From Mobula hypostoma (lineage: Eukaryota): DNA of 64,000 nucleotides. The number at the start of each line of letters is the position of its first letter. Position 1 is the first letter of the stretch. Positions 63,757 to 64,000 of the stretch are shown here, piece after piece. The DNA lies in NCBI RefSeq assembly GCF_963921235.1, contig NC_086097.1:116624001-116688000 (forward strand), written 5' to 3'. Under the pieces are notes generated by a model. That model did not search any database. It was not told where the DNA came from and saw only the letters and a list, made by a program, of their open reading frames with translations. A program made the translations under genes and the position numbers.

Positions 63757-64000
63757 GATCATAAGACATAGGAGCAGGATTAGGCCATTCTACCCATCAA
63801 GTATGCTCCACCATTCAATCGTGGCTGATTTATTTTCCATCTTTCTTTTATTTAAATATACCCAATGACTTGGTGTGCACAGCTGTCTGTGGCAATGAAT
63901 TCCACAGATGCACCATCCTCTGGCTAAAGAAATTCACATGTCATCCTTCTATTCCAAGACTGTGCCCTCTGGGCCTAAATGCTCCCGCTATTGGAAATAT
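63757..64000 (-). mobile_element. CR1 3' end, runs off the window
   Basis: cataagacataggagcaggattaggccattc... is the reverse complement of the CR1 3' UTR type at 16400-16515. Confidence 0.85.

Overview
Vertebrate nuclear DNA, most likely from a cartilaginous fish (ray/skate), inferred from the repeat repertoire (V-SINEs, CR1, Rex/Babar, Neptune-type Penelope-like elements, Mag-like Gypsy). The one host gene I can support is the 5' part of NETO1 (+ strand): a CpG-rich promoter/5' region (~30.4-33.3 kb) and four coding exons (34, 54, 129, 249 nt, all phase 1, all GT-AG). They splice into a 155-codon stretch covering the signal peptide and the first CUB domain. The ORF track does not recover this spliced CDS (only exon 2 appears in frame, inside a spurious ORF), and the gene runs past the window end in intron 4. 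Most of the rest is decayed or nested transposable elements. The most notable hidden signal is about ten dispersed minimal hammerhead-ribozyme motifs (CUGANGA...GAAA-CGUC) carried by Penelope-like pseudo-LTRs and short fold-back derivatives, one with a fully intact core (47300-47335, - strand). Other points of interest are a three-LTR chimeric Gypsy, a spliced 73-codon overlapping uORF over the NETO1 start, a bipartite RTE derivative, and Tc1-type elements with a duplicated internal TIR. All calls are by eye; repeat boundaries are approximate unless a TSD or TIR is quoted.
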